Shown: piece after piece, positions 59,853 to 64,000 of the stretch
Layout: each line of letters starts with the position of its first letter
How positions within the stretch are numbered: position 1 is the first letter of the stretch
NCBI GenBank assembly: GCA_038215315.1
Contig: JBBQRB010000001.1
Span: forward strand, 3,999 to 67,998
Direction: 5' to 3'
Length of the DNA stretch: 64,000 nt
From: Pseudanabaenales cyanobacterium
GTDB lineage: Bacteria > Cyanobacteriota > Cyanobacteriia > Pseudanabaenales > Pseudanabaenaceae
Notes under the pieces: generated by a model
The model's database searches: none
Told to the model about the DNA's origin: nothing
Seen by the model: the letters and a program-made list of their open reading frames with translations, nothing else
Translations under genes and position numbers: made by a program

Positions 59853-60668
59853 ATGCGCTTTATACTTGCAATTTGTCTTATCTTGTTTTTACTATTTTAT
59901 CCTGCGGCGATCGCCCCAGTACAAGCACAACTAAACATTACTGAGACAGAATCAAATCAACTAGATGCCCTCGTCAAGAAAGCCTTTGACGCAACTGATG
60001 CAGGAGACTTTAAAGATGCGGAGGGCTACTGGACGGATTTGATTAAGCTTTATCCTGATAATGCTGCTGGCTGGAGCAATCGTGGTAACTCAAAGATGAG
60101 CCAAAACTTTCCACAGGAAGCTCTTGTTGATTACAACAAATCCGTAGAACTTGCCCCAAACTATCCTGACCCCTATCTCAATCGTGGAGCGGCGCTCGAA
60201 AGTTTAGGCAAATGGGAAGAGGCGATCGCTGATTACAATCGCGTTTTAGAAATTGATCCCAAAGATGCGGCAGCCTATAACAATCGTGGTAATGCTAAGG
60301 CAGGCTTAGGCAAATGGGAGGAGGCGGTCGCTGACTATCAAATAGCCATGAAAGTTAATTCACGATTTAGCACCTCCTTTGGCAACAACGCGATCGCTCT
60401 ATATGAGATCGGTACACGCGATGGCAATACGGACGGAGCGATTAAGGCAATGAAAAGCATATTACGCAAATACCCCAGCTATACCGATGTAAGAGCGGCT
60501 CTAGCCGCAGCTCTTTGGGCAAATAAAAAGCAAGGTGAGGCTGAGAGTAATTGGGTATCAGTAGAAAATCTTGATCCTCGCTATCGAGATATTAACTGGG
60601 TACAAAATATTCGCCGTTGGCCCCCATCTTTGGTATCTGCCCTAGAAAAGTTTCTCACTCTAAAGTAA
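59853..60668 (+). CDS. Exported TPR-repeat protein
   Basis: Signal peptide; repeats WSNRGN/YLNRG/YNNRGN; conserved RRWPP end. Confidence 0.88.
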   Translation: MRFILAICLILFLLFYPAAIAPVQAQLNITETESNQLDALVKKAFDATDAGDFKDAEGYWTDLIKLYPDNAAGWSNRGNSKMSQNFPQEALVDYNKSVELAPNYPDPYLNRGAALESLGKWEEAIADYNRVLEIDPKDAAAYNNRGNAKAGLGKWEEAVADYQIAMKVNSRFSTSFGNNAIALYEIGTRDGNTDGAIKAMKSILRKYPSYTDVRAALAAALWANKKQGEAESNWVSVENLDPRYRDINWVQNIRRWPPSLVSALEKFLTLK

Positions 60669-60713
60669 AAGAATAGGCTTGGCGATCTGTCGCAGCTCCT
60701 TAAAAATAAAAGA

Positions 60714-60759
60714 CAAGTAAGTGAGTGGCGGCGCTCCACGCCGCCACTCACTTACTTGG
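60714..60759. repeat. Perfect palindrome between convergent genes
   Basis: CAAGTAAGTGAGTGGCGGCG-CTCCA-CGCCGCCACTCACTTACTTG. Confidence 0.85.
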
Positions 60760-60831
60760 GAAGACAGTGATCGCTATAAAAGAAAAACTCAATTCATAAA
60801 ATGGGATTGCCATTTTATGAAAATCACTAAA

Positions 60832-61155
60832 TTACTGATTTGGGACAGAAATTTTAATTTCTCTTTGTTGCTGCTTTCTAAAAGTGGAAACAGCTTCATC
60901 AAAGGATTCATTTTGATCCTTGTTAAACTGCTCTGGTGACCTGCCACCCGCCAAATTAATTTGATTAATTAATTGCAATAGGTTCACATTACTGCCACCT
61001 ACACTCAGAGAACCTCTTTCCTGTTGCTGTGCATCTCTTAAAGTTTGTTCTGAGAGGGTTGGCGCAGTATTGATTTGGGCGACCGCGCTGCTTGATAAGA
61101 TCACATTCGCAGATATGAAACTCATAGCAGCTAAAGAAGTAAGTCTCAAAAGCAT
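60832..61155 (-). CDS. Hypothetical secreted protein
   Basis: Signal-peptide-like N-terminus ending AVAQ; LLQLINQINL…FDEAV..FRKQQ pattern. Confidence 0.65.
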   Translation of the reverse strand: MLLRLTSLAAMSFISANVILSSSAVAQINTAPTLSEQTLRDAQQQERGSLSVGGSNVNLLQLINQINLAGGRSPEQFNKDQNESFDEAVSTFRKQQQREIKISVPNQ

Positions 61156-61478
61156 AGATTTGGTTTGTAATGTATGTAGGAATATCTATAAGTATGATAT
61201 CCAATTTCTAGATTACATCAAGGTTAAACAGACATCTCGCAAAACCGAAAATATAGTACATATCCCCGTCCCAACATCACGATATACTGATAAGCATTAA
61301 GGTATATCTACTTAAACGACATAATAGATAAGTTATTTGTTGAAGCAATCGCTCAGCCAGTGACTTAAAATGACCAAAGTTTAGGATTTGTCGTGCTAAG
61401 CACAACAGCTCCCAAGCAAATATCAAAAACTAGCAGCCAAAGCAACAGTTTACAGAGTAAAGAGGCGATCGCAAAATC

Positions 61479-62660
61479 ATGGTGATGATTGAAACCAAAG
61501 CCGAACGCATGGTCATAAATATGGGACCTCATCACCCATCCATGCACGGTGTTCTCAGACTCATCGTCACGCTAGACGGTGAAAATGTAGTTGATTGCGA
61601 GCCTGTCTTAGGTTATTTGCATCGCTCCATGGAAAAAATCGCTGAAAATCGCACGATTATCCAATATTTGCCATATGTGACCCGATGGGATTATCTCGCG
61701 ACCATGTTTACCGAGGCAATTACCGTCAATGCTCCTGAAAAGCTAGCAAACGTACCTGTGCCAAGACGAGCCAGCTACATCCGCATGATTATGCTAGAGC
61801 TTAGCCGTATCGCCTCTCACTTGTTATGGCTTGGCACTTTTGTAGCTGACATCGGCGCACAGACACCATTTTTCTACGTCTTCCGTGAACGGGAAATGAT
61901 CTATGACCTGTTTGAAGCTGCCACAGGAATGCGGATGATGCATAACTACTTTCGTATCGGTGGAGTAGCGGCTGACTTACCCTATGGCTGGATCGAGAAA
62001 TGTGAAGACTTCTGCAATTACTTCACCCCTGTCATTGACGAATACGAAAAACTAATCACCAATAACCCAATCTTTCGCAAACGGGTAGAAGGATTAGGTA
62101 CAATTACCCGTGACGAAGCGATCAACTGGGGCTTATCGGGACCAATGTTGCGTGGTTCGGGCGTAAAACTCGATTTGCGTAAGGTTGATCACTATGAGCT
62201 TTACGATGAATTGGACTGGGAGGTTCAATGGGATAATGGCGGCGACTGTTTAGCCCGCTATCTAGTGCGTGTAAAAGAAATGCGTGAATCCACCAAAATG
62301 ATCTCGCAATGCCTCAAGCAAATTCCTGGTGGCTCTTATGAAAATCTAGAGGCGCAGAGAATGCTTGCGGGTCCCAAGAGTGAGTGGAATTCGATGGATT
62401 ACCAATTCATTAGTAAAAAGCCATCTCCTACCTTCAAGGTTGCTTCAGGCGAGCATTATGTTCGTGTCGAAGCGCCCAAAGGTGAATTAGGAGTCTATAT
62501 TATTGGCGAAGATAGCGTCTTCCCTTGGCGTTTTAAGATTCGTCCACCTGGATTTATTAATCTACAGATTTTGCCAGAACTGGTGCGTGGCATGAAGCTA
62601 GCTGACATCATGGCAATCTTGGGAAGTGTGGATATTATTATGGGTGAGGTTGATCGCTAA
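61479..62660 (+). CDS. ndhH: NDH-1 subunit H
   Basis: [15 protein letters not shown]; [14 protein letters not shown]. Confidence 0.98.
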   Translation: MVMIETKAERMVINMGPHHPSMHGVLRLIVTLDGENVVDCEPVLGYLHRSMEKIAENRTIIQYLPYVTRWDYLATMFTEAITVNAPEKLANVPVPRRASYIRMIMLELSRIASHLLWLGTFVADIGAQTPFFYVFREREMIYDLFEAATGMRMMHNYFRIGGVAADLPYGWIEKCEDFCNYFTPVIDEYEKLITNNPIFRKRVEGLGTITRDEAINWGLSGPMLRGSGVKLDLRKVDHYELYDELDWEVQWDNGGDCLARYLVRVKEMRESTKMISQCLKQIPGGSYENLEAQRMLAGPKSEWNSMDYQFISKKPSPTFKVASGEHYVRVEAPKGELGVYIIGEDSVFPWRFKIRPPGFINLQILPELVRGMKLADIMAILGSVDIIMGEVDR

Positions 62661-63778
62661 TGTACGGTGGAATTGATTTACAGGCTTCTTTAATCGAGAT
62701 TTTGTCGGGGCTTGGGTTACCGACAGATGTAGCCAAACTAATTTGGATGGTGCTACCCATGATAGTAATGATTTTGGGTGTAACCGTGGGCGCGTTGGTC
62801 TGCACTTGGTTAGAGCGCAAAATTTCAGCTGCTGCTCAACAACGGATTGGACCTGAATATGCAGGACCTTTTGGCTTGTTGATCCCCCTTGCTGATGTGG
62901 GCAAGCTATTGATTAAGCAGGGGACAATTCCTGCTAAAGCTGACCCATTGCTCTACACAATCGGACCCGCACTAGTATTTACCTCTGTATTTATCTGCTA
63001 CCTTGTAATTCCTTTTGGTCAGAACTTAATCATTTCTGATATCAGTACAGGGGTGTTTTTTATCATTGCTATTTCTAGCATTGCCCCCATCGGCTTGCTC
63101 ATGGCAGGCTATTCCTCCAACAATAAATACTCACTTCTTGGCGGTTTACGTGCCGCCGCGCAGTCGATTAGCTACGAAATCCCTCTAGCTCTGGCGGTTC
63201 TCGCGATCGCCTTGATGACTAATGGGCTTAGCACGATCGACATTGTTAACCAGCAAGCTGAATATGGCATTTTGTCTTGGAATATCTGGCGGCAACCGAT
63301 TGGGTTTGCAATTTTCATTATTTCCGCTTTGGCTGAATGTGAGCGCTTACCCTTTGACTTACCAGAAGCTGAAGAGGAACTGGTAGCTGGTTATCAAACC
63401 GAGTATTCGGGGATCAGATTCGCATTCTTTTACGGTGGTTCCTATGCAAACCTACTCTTAGCAGGACTGCTCGCGTCCATTCTTTATCTTGGCGGCTGGG
63501 AATTGCCCTTTCCGATCGACAAGATTAGCGATTCTCTAGGGATTGCGGCAAATACCGCTTGGTGGCAAGTCCTCGCTGCTTTTATTGGTTTAACAGCAAC
63601 ACTAGTAAAGACTTATGCGTTTATCTTCTTTGCAATCCTTTTGCGCTGGACAGTGCCTCGTGTTCGTATAGACCAATTGCTTGATCTCGGCTGGAAATTT
63701 TTGTTGCCAATTGGACTTGCTAATTTACTGATTACCGCAGCCCTGAAGTTGGCTTTTCCTGTTGCTTTTGGCGGATAG
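62660..63778 (+). CDS. ndhA: NDH-1 subunit A
   Basis: [15 protein letters not shown]; [15 protein letters not shown]; [11 protein letters not shown]. Confidence 0.98.
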   Translation: MYGGIDLQASLIEILSGLGLPTDVAKLIWMVLPMIVMILGVTVGALVCTWLERKISAAAQQRIGPEYAGPFGLLIPLADVGKLLIKQGTIPAKADPLLYTIGPALVFTSVFICYLVIPFGQNLIISDISTGVFFIIAISSIAPIGLLMAGYSSNNKYSLLGGLRAAAQSISYEIPLALAVLAIALMTNGLSTIDIVNQQAEYGILSWNIWRQPIGFAIFIISALAECERLPFDLPEAEEELVAGYQTEYSGIRFAFFYGGSYANLLLAGLLASILYLGGWELPFPIDKISDSLGIAANTAWWQVLAAFIGLTATLVKTYAFIFFAILLRWTVPRVRIDQLLDLGWKFLLPIGLANLLITAALKLAFPVAFGG

Positions 63779-63840
63779 ATACAGTTTAAGCAATTGCTAT
63801 CACAACTGCTTAGATATAAAACCCATTACTAATTACCACT

Positions 63841-64000
63841 ATGCTGAAATTTTTAAATAAAGTTGGTGAATACACCAAAGATGCGGTCCAAGCAGCCAAA
63901 TATATTGGACAAGGGATGTCAGTGACTTTCGATCATATGCGTCGTCGTCCAATTACTGTGCAATATCCCTACGAAAAACTAATTCCTTCGGAACGTTTTC
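63841..64000 (+). CDS. ndhI: NDH-1 subunit I (5' part, runs off the window)
   Basis: [53 protein letters not shown]. Confidence 0.95.
   Translation, partial: MLKFLNKVGEYTKDAVQAAKYIGQGMSVTFDHMRRRPITVQYPYEKLIPSERF

Overview
A 64-kb stretch of cyanobacterial chromosome. It is rich in HIP1 (GCGATCGC), has the cyanobacterial split rpoC1/rpoC2, and carries OCP and NDH-1 genes; gene content is compatible with a Pseudanabaena-like strain (inference). About 50 mostly core genes are present: sufCD, rbfA, ocp-crtW, petRP, two Ser/Thr kinases, two J-domain/TPR paralogs, plsY, a CheA-hybrid/MCP pair, a STAND-NTPase/WD40 protein, bvdR, thrB, queG, split larC, mrp, rpoB-rpoC1-rpoC2, purSQ, fabG and ndhHAI. 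No rRNA, tRNA, CRISPR array or transposase was seen. Four non-routine signals stand out. (1) A dense, modular set of about 60-150-bp palindromic MITE/REP-like elements fills most intergenic gaps. They have TA-initiated termini, nested insertion with TA duplication, chimeric ends, compensated arms, invertible C-(GNA)-G-type apical loops, and repeated overlap with stop codons. (2) RpoC1 carries a 53-aa in-frame SBHM-like insertion. (3) larC is split at an A9 slippery run with an exact -1 frame window. (4) There is a two-gene chemosensory module whose receptor has a non-canonical tip.
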